A DNA stretch of 53,278 nt from Fimbriimonadia bacterium (GCA_041483895.1 JBGPGO010000021.1:1-53278); one strand, 5' to 3'; positions 1 to 9,880 are shown, counted from the stretch's first letter. Notes: generated by a model from the sequence alone, not told the origin. A program made the numbers and translations.

Positions 1-134
1 CCGGCAAAGCAAAAAAGCAGGTCAACATCGCCGTCATGCGCAAACTCGCCAGCGCAATCGCGGCAGTCCTGAAGACAAAGACACCCTATGACCACAAATT
101 GCTATTTTCCCCTTGACAAATCAAGACAGCATCT
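1..134 (+). mobile_element. IS110-family element, transposase C-terminus and short right end (partial)
   Basis: Frame 3..116 reads GKAKKQVNIAVMRKLASAIAAVLKTKTPYDHKLLFSP*, the K..K..A..RKL...PY C-terminal pattern of IS110 transposases. It is followed by cTTGACAaatcaagacagcatCT, a typical IS110 right end. Confidence 0.75.
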
Positions 135-150
135 ACAGCGGGAGCAAATT

Positions 151-172
151 GCCGCCTGGAAGGCAGCGTTAC
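151..172 (-). repeat. GTAG/GTAA-type REP-like palindrome
   Basis: Minus strand GTAAcgctgccttccaggcggc: a tetranucleotide foot plus an imperfect hairpin, lying between the IS end and the sthA stop. Confidence 0.4.
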
Positions 173-193
173 GCGTGAGCTAAAGCTACCGAG

Positions 194-1567
194 TTACGCG
201 GCGAGGCGGAGGGTGCGGCGGATGCGGTTGGTGCCGTCGAGAGCCGCCACCTTGTAGCACTCCGCAAACGTCGGATAGTTGAAAACGTTATCCACAAAAT
301 AATCGATCGTCCCGCCAAACGCCAGCACCGCCTGCCCGATATGGATCAGCTCCGTCGCACTGGTCCCAATCACATGAACCCCCAGCAGCTCCCGAGTCTC
401 CTCATGGAACAGCAGCTTCAACATCCCAAAATCATCCCCAACCAACTGCCCCCGCGCGATCTCCCGATAGTGCGCCACCCCGACCTCATACGGCACGCCC
501 GCCTTCGTGAGCTGCCCCTCAGTCCGCCCCACCATCGATATCTCCGGCAAGCTGTAAATCCCATACGGAACCAGCTCGGGCATCGATTGCACCGGAAGAC
601 CGAAGGCATGGCACGCCGCAGCCCGGCCCTGCTCCATCGACGTGCTCGCCAGCGACGGGAAGCCGATCACATCCCCCGCGGCATAGATATGATGCACGTC
701 CGTCTGAAAGTTGCCGTTCACCCGCAGCCGCCCGCGCTCGTCCGCCTCCAGCCCGACCTTCTCCAACCCCAGCCCCAATGTCGCGCCCAACCGGCCCGCG
801 GAATAAAGGAGCATTTCCCCATGCACATGCTTGCCGCTCTCCAGCGTCGCCCGCACCGTCCCATCCGCGAGTTTTTCGATGTTCTGCACCTGCTCGCCCA
901 TGCGCAAGGTGATTCGGTTGTAGCGCATCTTGTACTTCAGCGCATCGGCCACTTCTTGGTCCACAAAATCCAGGATCGTGTCCTGGGCCTCGATCAGCGT
1001 CACCTGCACGCCAAGCGCGTTGAAGATGCAGGCATACTCCACGCCGATGACGCCGCCGCCAACCACGATGGCGCTCCGGGCCAATCGGTCCGTAGTTAGC
1101 AGTTGATCAGAATCAAACACGGAAACTCCGTCAAATGGCACATAGGAAGGACGGCTGGGTGTGGTTCCGACGGCGATCACGAAGAAATCCGCTTGCAGGA
1201 CAATCTCACGCTGGTCCTGGCGCGCAACTACCGTGTGCTCGTCCACGAACTCAGCCATTCCCGCGACGACCTCCACGCCGTTGCGGGCCATCTGCGATCG
1301 GATCACCTTGACCTCGGATCGGATCACTGATCGCGTCCGGTCCAGGATTTCGCCGATGTCCACAGGCCCGCGCAGGTCTTGGGGCGGGAGGCGCAAAACT
1401 GCCTCGCGCAGCGCCTTGCTGGGGATGGTACCGGTGTGGATGCACACACCGCCCAGCCAGTCGTCCCGCTGCACGATCGCCACATGCCGGCCCAGTTTGG
1501 CGGCCTGAATCGCCGCCTTTTGCCCAGCCGGGCCGGTCCCAATCACCACCATATCGTATCTTCGCAC
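194..1567 (-). CDS. sthA: Soluble pyridine nucleotide transhydrogenase (Si-specific NAD(P)+ transhydrogenase)
   Basis: YDMVVIGTGPAGQKAAIQAAK, GGVCIHTGTIPSK (single Cys), VGGGVIG, GDVIGFPSLASTSMEQGR and VFNYPT. GTG start at 1567 after AAGGGAG. The longer 740-aa ORF is an antisense extension over acnX. Confidence 0.9.
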   Translation of the reverse strand: MRRYDMVVIGTGPAGQKAAIQAAKLGRHVAIVQRDDWLGGVCIHTGTIPSKALREAVLRLPPQDLRGPVDIGEILDRTRSVIRSEVKVIRSQMARNGVEVVAGMAEFVDEHTVVARQDQREIVLQADFFVIAVGTTPSRPSYVPFDGVSVFDSDQLLTTDRLARSAIVVGGGVIGVEYACIFNALGVQVTLIEAQDTILDFVDQEVADALKYKMRYNRITLRMGEQVQNIEKLADGTVRATLESGKHVHGEMLLYSAGRLGATLGLGLEKVGLEADERGRLRVNGNFQTDVHHIYAAGDVIGFPSLASTSMEQGRAAACHAFGLPVQSMPELVPYGIYSLPEISMVGRTEGQLTKAGVPYEVGVAHYREIARGQLVGDDFGMLKLLFHEETRELLGVHVIGTSATELIHIGQAVLAFGGTIDYFVDNVFNYPTFAECYKVAALDGTNRIRRTLRLAA

Positions 1568-1603
1568 ATTGGCTCCCTTCCACAATGGCAGTAGAATCGC
1601 CAT

Positions 1604-2866
1604 ATGGCGCTTCGACTTACGGACAAAGACCAGGCAATGTTGTCGGGCAAACACGGCCCGGCGACCCAGATGGCCATGCGGATTTTGGTCCGGATGGCGG
1701 AGGTTTATGAGGCCGATGAGCTTCTGGATATCGTCGGGGCGCACATCGACAGCAGCATCTATGTGGGCGACGCTGGGCTGGAGTATGCGGAGAGGCTGGC
1801 CTCGCTGGGCGCCAAAGTGTCCGTGCCGACCACCCTCAACGTGACCGGCGTGGACGAGCACCACTGGCAGGAATGGCCGGTGCCGCGCGAGTGGGCGGAG
1901 AAGGCCCAACGCCAGGCGGACGCCTACAAAAGCATGGGCGCCATCCCGACTTGGACCTGTGCGCCGTATCAGACAGAGCACAAGCCCAAGTTTGGGGAGC
2001 AGATCGCGTGGGGAGAATCGAACCCGATCGTTTTTGCCAACTCCGTGATCGGGGCGCGGACGGAACGGTATCCGGACCTGCTGGATGTCTGCTGCGCCAT
2101 CACGGGCCGCGCCCCGGCGGTCGGCCTGCATCGGACGGAGAACCGGGCGGGGCAGATCCTGGTGCGGCTGGCCGATGTTCCGGAGCGGCTGCAGGCGGAT
2201 GACAGCTTCTATCCGGTACTCGGGTATCTGCTCGGGCAGATCGCGCAGGATCGGGTGCCGGTGGTGGATGGTCTGACGGTAACGCCGACGGAGGATCAGT
2301 TGAAGGCGCTCGGCGCGACGGCGGCATCGTCCGGCGCGGTGGCTCTGTTCCATATCGTTGGGGTTACCCCGGAGGCGCAAACTCTGGAGGCCGCATTTCA
2401 GGGCCGTCCGCCGCAAGAGACGATGGAACTCACGATGGCGGACTTGCGCGCGACCCGCGAGCAGTTGTCAACCGGCGCGGGGGAGACATTGGATATGGTC
2501 GTGCTCGGCAGCCCGCACTTTTCCCTCGCCGAATTCCGCCAGTTGGCTCGGCTGGCAGTCGGCAAATCGCAACACCCGCGCGTACAGTTTTTGGTGACTA
2601 CCAGCCGCATCGTGCGCGACGTTGCCCAGGCGACAGGCGTCTTGCAACCGGTCTTAGATTTCGGCGCGCGCCTCACGGTGGACACCTGCATCCTCGCAAC
2701 CCCGATGCTCCCGCCGGAGATCAAAACCATCATGACCAACTCCGGAAAATACGCCTACTATTCACCTGGACTGCTCGGCGTACGCCATGTGTACGGCAGC
2801 ATGGCGGACTGCGTGGAGTCGGCAATCGCCGGCCATGTCATTAGGGACGAAAGTCTATGGAAGTGA
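1604..2866 (+). CDS. Aconitase X catalytic subunit (DUF521)
   Basis: AHID, PTTLN, TWTCAPY, AWGESN..FANSVIGART, ASSGAVALFHIVGVTPEA, GSPH, DTC and TNSGKYAYY motifs. Confidence 0.9.
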   Translation: MALRLTDKDQAMLSGKHGPATQMAMRILVRMAEVYEADELLDIVGAHIDSSIYVGDAGLEYAERLASLGAKVSVPTTLNVTGVDEHHWQEWPVPREWAEKAQRQADAYKSMGAIPTWTCAPYQTEHKPKFGEQIAWGESNPIVFANSVIGARTERYPDLLDVCCAITGRAPAVGLHRTENRAGQILVRLADVPERLQADDSFYPVLGYLLGQIAQDRVPVVDGLTVTPTEDQLKALGATAASSGAVALFHIVGVTPEAQTLEAAFQGRPPQETMELTMADLRATREQLSTGAGETLDMVVLGSPHFSLAEFRQLARLAVGKSQHPRVQFLVTTSRIVRDVAQATGVLQPVLDFGARLTVDTCILATPMLPPEIKTIMTNSGKYAYYSPGLLGVRHVYGSMADCVESAIAGHVIRDESLWK

Positions 2867-3282
2867 TTCAGGGGCGGCCGATTGTCCCCGGCATGGCATC
2901 CGGCGAGGCGCTTGTGACAAACGAACCGCTGTCGTTTTGGGGCGGCTATGATGCCCAGACTGGCGAGATCATAGACCGCCGCCATCCGCTTTCCGGTCAG
3001 ATCGCGGCAGGGAAGGTGCTGATTCTGCCGTTTCATCGCGGCTCCTCTACCACAACCGCCATGCTCTTGGAGGCTCTCCGCGCCGGAACTGCCCCCGCCG
3101 CGATTCTCACCACCGGCATTGACCCCTTCTTCGCCCTCGCCTCCATCGTTGGGGAGGAGCTGTTCGACAAGTCGATCCCGATCGTGTCGATCTCAAAGGA
3201 ACACGCCGCAGCAATCCACACAGGCCAACGATTGGATATGGCTGAAGATGGCACGATCCGTAGCCGCGGATTCTCGTTCTGA
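2857..3282 (+). CDS. Aconitase X swivel subunit (DUF126)
   Basis: GEALV..EPLSFWGG.D..TGEIID..HPL.GQ and RGSST motifs; overlaps the stop of the large subunit. Confidence 0.9.
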   Translation: MEVIQGRPIVPGMASGEALVTNEPLSFWGGYDAQTGEIIDRRHPLSGQIAAGKVLILPFHRGSSTTTAMLLEALRAGTAPAAILTTGIDPFFALASIVGEELFDKSIPIVSISKEHAAAIHTGQRLDMAEDGTIRSRGFSF

Positions 3283-3401
3283 CCCCTGATCGAATCGCCA
3301 CCGCCAAAACCCGCGAGTGACCACACCGGAAGATGCGATACCGTTTTGGAAATTACACCGTGATCACGCGCGGTTCTTGGTCATCCCGCTCGGAAGGGAT
3401 G

Positions 3402-4229
3402 TCAGAACGAGGAACCGCGGCTACATTTAAGTCGCTCCTCTATCACCTTGACCGCCTCCGGATTGTTGTCGATCAAAATGAACTTCCGGTCCGCCTCTGC
3501 CGCTGCCACGCCGGTCGTCCCTGAGCCCGCGAAAAAGTCCAACACCAGATCTCCCGGATTGGACGAGGCCGCGATGATGCGCCGCAAAATCCCCAGCGGT
3601 TTCTGCGTCGGGTAGCCCGTCCGCTCCGACCCGTTCGTCGGAACGATGGTGTGCCACCAGGTATCGGTCGGCAGCTTGCCACGCGCGGCCTTCTCCGGCG
3701 TCACAAGCCCCGGCGCCATGTACGGGATGCGGTCGACGGCATCCTCATTAAAGGTGTAATGGGCCGGGTCCTTGACGTAGAGCAGGATGTTGTCGTGCTT
3801 CGGCGGCCACTTCTTGCTTGGCCGGCCCCCGTAATCGTACGCCCAAATAATTTCGTTCAGGAAGCACTCCCGCCCGAATATCCGGTCGAGCAGCACCTTG
3901 CAGTAATGCACCTCCCGATAGTCGATGTGGAAATAGAAGCTGCCGGTCGGCTTTAGCACCCGGTATCCCTCCCGAAGCCGGGGCTCCAAAAAGGCCAGGT
4001 AATCGTCGAAAACGTCCTCGTATGCCGCCTCCGCCACCACCTGCGTTTCGTACCGCTTGCCGCCAAAGCCAACCCGATCCCCGTTCTGGGACCTCGTGGT
4101 CTTGATCCGGGTCCGGCTCTGCTCCCTCCCCGTATTGAACGGCGGATCGATATAGATCAGGTCCACGCACTCATCCGGAAGGCTCCGCAGGATGGGTAGG
4201 TTGTCACCGAGGTAGACCTTGTTTTCCAC
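3402..4229 (-). CDS. Orphan DNA N4/N6-methyltransferase (beta class)
   Basis: GDNL, DLIYIDPPFNTG, NEIIW, YPTQKP and VLDFFAGSGTTG, with the catalytic motif before the SAM-binding motif. GTG start at 4229 is likely (ORF track gives 4265). Confidence 0.9.
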   Translation of the reverse strand: MENKVYLGDNLPILRSLPDECVDLIYIDPPFNTGREQSRTRIKTTRSQNGDRVGFGGKRYETQVVAEAAYEDVFDDYLAFLEPRLREGYRVLKPTGSFYFHIDYREVHYCKVLLDRIFGRECFLNEIIWAYDYGGRPSKKWPPKHDNILLYVKDPAHYTFNEDAVDRIPYMAPGLVTPEKAARGKLPTDTWWHTIVPTNGSERTGYPTQKPLGILRRIIAASSNPGDLVLDFFAGSGTTGVAAAEADRKFILIDNNPEAVKVIEERLKCSRGSSF

Positions 4230-4342
4230 GCGCCTATTATTGACGATTCCACGTAACGCCGGCATCCTGGCCTGCCCTCATACGTCGTATAGGTTGTATA
4301 TGTCCTAAAAGTCCGATGCTGGCGTTACGATACAATGCCTGC

Positions 4343-5227
4343 ATGAAGCTGTTCGCCATCCTGGGCCGGCCCGTATCCCACAGCCTGTCACCGGAAATGC
4401 ACCGCGCGGCCTATAGGGAGCTGGGTATCGAGGCGGAATTCATGAGGATTGACTGCGGTCCGGACGAGGTGCCTCGGATTGCCGAGTTGGTGCGGCGGGG
4501 GGTCCTGGCGGGGGCAAACATAACCCTTCCGCACAAAGTCGCCGCATTGGACCTCGCGGACGAGGCATCGGAAGAGACGCGTCTGCTTGGGGCGGCGAAC
4601 ACGTGGGTCGGCGCGGGCGGCAGGTTGGTGGCGCACAACACGGACGGTATCGGATTTCTGAGCGGATTGAAGAGCCCCCACCCCAACCCTCCCCCGCAAG
4701 CGGGGGAGGGGGCTAAGACGGGCGGCCCGCAAGCGGGGGAGGGGATTTCGGCGGGGGAGGGAAGTCCGAATGCGCTCGTTCTTGGGGCAGGCGGGGCGGC
4801 ACGGGCGATCTGCCTGGCTCTGCAATGCGATGGTTGGCAGGTCAAAGTGGCGGCGCGGAATCCAGAAAAGGCCGCTGCCGTATTTTCCGCATTAGGATGC
4901 GTTCTAATAAGATGGGACAAAAGTCACCTCGAAGCAATCGCTCCCTCGCTGAACCTGGTTGTGAACTCGACGCCGATTGGCATGGAACCACACGAAGGCG
5001 ACAAACCCGACTTTCCATTGAGGAACCTGCCGCCGAATGCGATTGTCTATGATATTGTCTACCGACCGAGAAGGACCGCCTTTCTTTCCGAAGCCGAGCA
5101 ATTGGGTTTGACCGTGGTGGACGGGCTGGAGATGCTGGTCGGTCAAGGGGCGAAGGCTTTTGAATTGTGGTTTGGCATACCGGCTCCCGTCGCCGCCATG
5201 CGGAAGGCTGCGCTGGAATGCCTGTAA
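4343..5227 (+). CDS. aroE: Shikimate dehydrogenase with an in-frame repeat insertion
   Basis: HSLSP.MH, GANITLPHK, AANT, HNTDG.GF, LGAGGAARA, VNSTPIGM, DIVY.P and GLEMLV.QG. Confidence 0.92.
   Translation: MKLFAILGRPVSHSLSPEMHRAAYRELGIEAEFMRIDCGPDEVPRIAELVRRGVLAGANITLPHKVAALDLADEASEETRLLGAANTWVGAGGRLVAHNTDGIGFLSGLKSPHPNPPPQAGEGAKTGGPQAGEGISAGEGSPNALVLGAGGAARAICLALQCDGWQVKVAARNPEKAAAVFSALGCVLIRWDKSHLEAIAPSLNLVVNSTPIGMEPHEGDKPDFPLRNLPPNAIVYDIVYRPRRTAFLSEAEQLGLTVVDGLEMLVGQGAKAFELWFGIPAPVAAMRKAALECL
4675..4762 (+). repeat. Palindromic repeat (one full and two partial copies) inside aroE
   Basis: ccccaccccaaccctcccccgcaagcgggggagggg, then cccgcaagcgggggagggga and gcgggggaggga. A near-identical copy lies at 9881-9930 on the minus strand. 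Confidence 0.85.
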
Positions 5228-5514
5228 ATCTAACGAGTTGGTTGAGATTGTCCGAACTACTTAGGTATCTTGACCCGACTAGTTTACGTACGCTATTGAT
5301 GACGACTAGAAATTTTGGATCGCCACTCAGACCTCTGGGGACGCCGGATCGTGTAGGTTCAGGCGCCTCACAAAAGCCCGACCAGCTTTTGGCGGCGCGT
5401 GCCTACCGAAGCGTCCGCATTGTCGCGTCGGTAGTGTATACTGAGCGGCGTCCGCACCCGGGTCGAAGTGATTTTTCAGTTCGACACCCCCGCAATACTA
5501 GGAGTGATCCGTAG

Positions 5515-7278
5515 ATGGCGATGGCTCGCAGGCCCCTCGGCGAATATCTGGTCGAGAAGGGCTACGTTTCCCAAGAACAGCTTGTAGAAGCGAAACAGGT
5601 CCAATCAGCCACCAAAGGCGCCGACCTGGGGAAAGTCCTGGTTGACCTTGGGTTCGTCGGCGAGCGGGAGGTGTACGAAGGCAAAGCGCAAGAGCAAGGC
5701 CATCGGTTCGTCGATCTGGATCGCGAAGAGATCGACCGGAGCGCGGTCAACGTCGTCAAGGAACAGGTCGCCCGCGCCCACAACGTAATCCCCTTTAAGA
5801 AGGAAGGCCAGAACCTCTGGGTCGCCATGTCCAATGCCAACGACCTAAAGGCGACGGATGACATCCGAATGGTTTCCGGTCTTCGCGTTATCCCAGTGAT
5901 TGCCGTTCCGGGAGCAATTGAGGACGCGATAAGAAAGAATTACGGCAGCTCGAACGGGGCCGCCAACGGCGGCGCGGAAACGAGCGGGTCAACCGGCGAT
6001 CTGTCCGGTCGAGCCGACATGAAGAGCCTGATCGCCGCGGCGGGAGCGAAAGGCGATTTGGATGCCCTCAAGGACGACGACAAGGCCGCCATCGAACTGG
6101 CCGAGCAGGCGCCCATCATAAAGCTGGCCAATTCCATGATCCAGCAGGCGATTGACGACCGCGCCTCCGACATCCACGTCGAACCGGGCCAGCGAAATGT
6201 GCGAATCCGGTACCGAGTTGACGGCGTGCTCCATGAGGCCATGACCGTCCCGAAGGCCATCCAAGCCCCCCTCATCTCTCGCTACAAAATCATGTCGGAA
6301 ATGAACATCGCTGAACGCCGCATCCCGCAGGATGGCCGTATCGAGGTTCGGCACAGCGCGAAGGAATACGACCTGCGCGTTTCCAGCATCCCAACCCCGT
6401 TTGGCGAGAAGATCGTCATGAGAATCCTCGATAAGACCAGCGTCTTGCTTGGTCTCGAGAAGCTGGGATTTGGGGCGGAAACACAGGCGAGGCTGGAAGA
6501 GCTGGTCAGCCAGCCGAACGGGATGTTTCTCTCCACCGGGCCGACCGGTTCCGGAAAGACGACCACCCAGTATTCCGTACTCAACAAACTGAATTCTATC
6601 GAGCGAAATATCCTCACGATTGAGGACCCCATCGAGTACCAGTTGAACGGCATCGCCCAGGTCGGCGTGAACCGGAAGGCGGGCCTTACCTTCGCCAGCG
6701 CCCTGCGCGCCTTCTTGCGGCAGGACCCGGACATCATCATGGTGGGTGAGATGCGCGACCTGGAAACCGCCGAAATCGCGGTCGAAGCGTCGCTAACCGG
6801 CCACCTCGTATTGTCAACCCTCCACACGAACGACGCTCCGTCGGCTGTCGTCCGAATGGTGGACATGGGGGTCGAGCCGTACCTCATCTCCGCAACCGTC
6901 ATCGGTATTCTTGCCCAGCGACTGGCTCGGCGGATCTGCACCAAATGCATCGAGCCCTACGAGGTCAAGGCGATCGACCTGCGCCGCTTCGGCTTCAAAC
7001 CGACCGATCCGGAAGAGATGGTTACGCTCAAGCAAGGCAAGGGTTGCGAATACTGCCGATTTACCGGCTGGCGAGGCCGGGTCGGTCTGTACGAGTTGAT
7101 GATCATGAATGCCGAAATCGCCGAGCTGGTCGTGCGGCGGGCCCCTCTTGCGGATGTCAAAGAGGCGGCGAAGGCCAACGGCATGAAGGAATTGCGCGAA
7201 GACGGCCTGGCCAAAGTGCTGGATGGGATGACGACGCCGGACGAAGTCATGCGCGTGGTCTTCACCGCCGGCTACTAA
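5515..7278 (+). CDS. pilB: Type IV pilus assembly ATPase PilB/GspE
   Basis: N-terminal LGEYLVEKGYVS (MshEN-like), ASDIHVEP, PQDGR, Walker A GPTGSGKTT, RQDPDIIMVGEMRD, STLHTND and tetra-Cys motif. Confidence 0.92.
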   Translation: MAMARRPLGEYLVEKGYVSQEQLVEAKQVQSATKGADLGKVLVDLGFVGEREVYEGKAQEQGHRFVDLDREEIDRSAVNVVKEQVARAHNVIPFKKEGQNLWVAMSNANDLKATDDIRMVSGLRVIPVIAVPGAIEDAIRKNYGSSNGAANGGAETSGSTGDLSGRADMKSLIAAAGAKGDLDALKDDDKAAIELAEQAPIIKLANSMIQQAIDDRASDIHVEPGQRNVRIRYRVDGVLHEAMTVPKAIQAPLISRYKIMSEMNIAERRIPQDGRIEVRHSAKEYDLRVSSIPTPFGEKIVMRILDKTSVLLGLEKLGFGAETQARLEELVSQPNGMFLSTGPTGSGKTTTQYSVLNKLNSIERNILTIEDPIEYQLNGIAQVGVNRKAGLTFASALRAFLRQDPDIIMVGEMRDLETAEIAVEASLTGHLVLSTLHTNDAPSAVVRMVDMGVEPYLISATVIGILAQRLARRICTKCIEPYEVKAIDLRRFGFKPTDPEEMVTLKQGKGCEYCRFTGWRGRVGLYELMIMNAEIAELVVRRAPLADVKEAAKANGMKELREDGLAKVLDGMTTPDEVMRVVFTAGY

Positions 7279-7334
7279 ATCGAGCTCAGTCCCGTCCCGG
7301 CGGAACCGGGACGCATTTAAGGGAGGTGGCGCCA

Positions 7335-8660
7335 ATGGCGTCCGATGAAACTACGACTCCGGGTGGTCCCGGTCCACAAGGCGTCAAAGTATCGGCTGCG
7401 GTAGGCAGCCAAGTCAATTTGTACGGCTTGCCCGGCCAAGTAAAGAGACCTGCCGAGGCGACGGAAGGTGTCGTAGGCCCGCGCCGCATGGAGGATACGC
7501 ATATTGACGATCTCCTCCAAATCGTCGTGGACAAAGGCGCATCCGACCTGCACATGTGCAAGGATTCGGAACCGGTCATTCGCATAGACGGAGCTCTCCA
7601 TCGCCTCAACTACCATAAGATGACCGGCTATGACTGCCAGCGAATCATTTATGATATTTTGACGGACGAGCATATCCAGCGCTTTGAATCGACAATGGAG
7701 CTGGACTTCTCCTATGAATTAGTTAAGGCCGCTCGCTTCCGTGTAAATGTGTACCGAGACCGAGGCGCGATTGCTTCCGCCTTTCGACAAATTTCTTCCC
7801 GCATCCCGACGATTGTGGAGCTCAATCTGCCCCCGATTTTGGAGGAGTTGACCCGAAGGCCCCGCGGCCTGATCCTAGTGACCGGGCCCACCGGCTCCGG
7901 CAAATCGACGAGCCTCGCCGCGATGATCCACGTCATCAACACCGAGCGGGCCGTTCACATCATCACGATCGAAGACCCGATCGAATATCTGCACACGCAC
8001 AAGATGTCGATCATCAATCAGCGCGAGCTGGGCCAGGACACGAAAGCGTTCCAAAACGCGCTCCGGGCCTGCCTTCGCGAGGACCCGGACGTGCTGCTGG
8101 TCGGAGAAATGCGAGACCCCGAAACGATCGCCCTTGCCATCACGGCGGCGGAAACAGGGCACCTCGTCTTCGCCACCCTGCACACCAACAACGCGGCGGA
8201 ATCGATCGACCGTATCGTGGACGTGTTCCCGCCAGGACAGCAGGAACAGATTCGAATTCAGCTCGCGAACAACGTGGTTGCCATCCTCTCCCAGCAGCTT
8301 TGCCCAAGGGCAGGACAGCCCGGGCGTGTCCCGGCGATGGAGATTTTGATTGCCACCCCGGCGGTTAAGAACCTGATCCGGGAGAACAAGACCCACCAGA
8401 TCCCCTCCTCCATCCAGACCGGAGGGAACTTCGGCATGATTACCATGGACCAATATCTGAGGGATATGTACAACCGCGGCCTCATCACTTATGAGGAAGC
8501 GATGTCGCGCGCGATGAATGTAGAAGAACTTAAGAAGATGCTCACCCCGTCCGGTGTGGCAGGAGAGGGTCGACCTGGCGGCGGCACAGGGCCAAATTCG
8601 GGCCCACCTCGCGGCGGCGCCGGGCCAACCTCGGCCCCACCTCGCCGAATAGATAGGTAG
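7335..8660 (+). CDS. pilT: Type IV pilus retraction ATPase PilT
   Basis: ASDLH, RFRVN, GPTGSGKSTSLAAMI, TIEDPIE, REDPDV, ATLHTN and AVKNLIRE. ATG 7335 follows GGGAGG. Gly/Pro-rich tail with two 11-aa repeats. Confidence 0.92.
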   Translation: MASDETTTPGGPGPQGVKVSAAVGSQVNLYGLPGQVKRPAEATEGVVGPRRMEDTHIDDLLQIVVDKGASDLHMCKDSEPVIRIDGALHRLNYHKMTGYDCQRIIYDILTDEHIQRFESTMELDFSYELVKAARFRVNVYRDRGAIASAFRQISSRIPTIVELNLPPILEELTRRPRGLILVTGPTGSGKSTSLAAMIHVINTERAVHIITIEDPIEYLHTHKMSIINQRELGQDTKAFQNALRACLREDPDVLLVGEMRDPETIALAITAAETGHLVFATLHTNNAAESIDRIVDVFPPGQQEQIRIQLANNVVAILSQQLCPRAGQPGRVPAMEILIATPAVKNLIRENKTHQIPSSIQTGGNFGMITMDQYLRDMYNRGLITYEEAMSRAMNVEELKKMLTPSGVAGEGRPGGGTGPNSGPPRGGAGPTSAPPRRIDR

Positions 8661-8671
8661 GAGGCGAAACA

Positions 8672-9880
8672 ATGCCGGTATTTGCTTATAAAGTCAGAGG
8701 CTCAGATGGCGAATTGCAGGCTGGGCAGGTCGAGGCCGAAAGCGCAGACCTGCTAAGGAAGCGATTCGAGGAGCAGGGCCTGGCCGTGACCGAGGTCATC
8801 CAGGTCAAGGGCGCGCGCAAGCAGACCGGTGGCTTTGGCCGAGTCAAACTCACGACCCTGTCTATCTTTTGCCGCCAATTCTCGACGATGGTAGATGCCG
8901 GTGTATCCCTCGTTCGATGCCTGGACGTACTCGGCACCCAGACTCAGGACCCCCGCCTCAAGCGCATCCTGGCCGACGTCGGGGAACGCGTTGAGGGAGG
9001 CGAGAGCCTTTCCCGCGCGATGGCTCGGCATCCGAAGGCCTTTTCGAAGCTGTTTATCGGTCTCGTCAAGGCCGGCGAGGTCGGCGGCGTCTTGGAAGAG
9101 TCCCTGCAGCGCCTTTCCCACTTTTTGGAAAAAGACGTCGAGCTGCGGCGCAAGGTCCGCGCATCCCTTACCTACCCGATCATCGTCGTGACCTTCGCCT
9201 TTATCGTCGTAATCGGACTCGTGGTTGGGGTCATCCCGCGATTTGCCGACCTCTACAAGGACTTGAACATAAAAGAGTTCCCCTGGTCCACCCAGATACT
9301 GATCGATATCAGCCACGGACTCTTGGACCGCTGGTACGTTTATGTCGGTACCATCGTCATCGTGCTGGTTTCTTGGAGAGTGTTCGCAAGCACTCGTTTC
9401 GGCCGCCGAGTGATCGACAGGATGAAGTTGAAGCTGCCGGTATTTGGGCCGCTTCACCATAAGATTTGCTTGGCTCGGTTCAGCCGCACAATGGGCACTT
9501 TGCTCTCTTCCGGCGTCCCGATCCTCCAGGCGATGGAGACGGTTGCGGAGACGATTGGCAACAACATCCTGTCGGACGCTATCATGGACGCCCGCGCCCG
9601 AATCCGAGAGGGAGACCGAATTGGCGACCCGCTGGAAGCGAGCCGCATGTTCCCGCCGATGGTCGTCCACATGATCGGGGTCGGGGAAGAGTCCGGTTCG
9701 CTGGACTTCATGCTCCAGAAGATTGCTGATTTCTACGAAATGGAAGTCGATTCGGCGATCGCGTCGCTGACATCTGCCATCGAGCCTGTGCTCATCGTTT
9801 TCCTCGGCGTGGTGGTCGGTTTCATCGTCATTTCCCTCTTCTTGCCCCTCATCAAGGTCATCGAAGAGCTGTCGAAGTAG
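8672..9880 (+). CDS. pilC: Type IV pilus platform protein PilC (T2SS F family)
   Basis: MPVFAYK start, RQFSTMVDAGV, AGEVGGVL, YP, GEESGSLD and IEP motifs; three TM segments. Confidence 0.92.
   Translation: MPVFAYKVRGSDGELQAGQVEAESADLLRKRFEEQGLAVTEVIQVKGARKQTGGFGRVKLTTLSIFCRQFSTMVDAGVSLVRCLDVLGTQTQDPRLKRILADVGERVEGGESLSRAMARHPKAFSKLFIGLVKAGEVGGVLEESLQRLSHFLEKDVELRRKVRASLTYPIIVVTFAFIVVIGLVVGVIPRFADLYKDLNIKEFPWSTQILIDISHGLLDRWYVYVGTIVIVLVSWRVFASTRFGRRVIDRMKLKLPVFGPLHHKICLARFSRTMGTLLSSGVPILQAMETVAETIGNNILSDAIMDARARIREGDRIGDPLEASRMFPPMVVHMIGVGEESGSLDFMLQKIADFYEMEVDSAIASLTSAIEPVLIVFLGVVVGFIVISLFLPLIKVIEELSK

Noticed and set aside
1568..2416. N-terminal extension making a 740-aa sthA ORF
   Set aside because: It is antisense to acnX; SthA homology starts at the GTG at 1567, which has an RBS.
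3402..4229. Methyltransferase as part of a restriction-modification or defence system
   Set aside because: No adjacent endonuclease; the gene sits among housekeeping genes.
6945..7334. Extended 571-aa PilT ORF
   Set aside because: It overlaps pilB in another frame; ATG 7335 has a good RBS.
8578..8646. Two 33-bp tandem units at the pilT 3' end
   Set aside because: A simple low-complexity tail duplication with no evidence of a further role.
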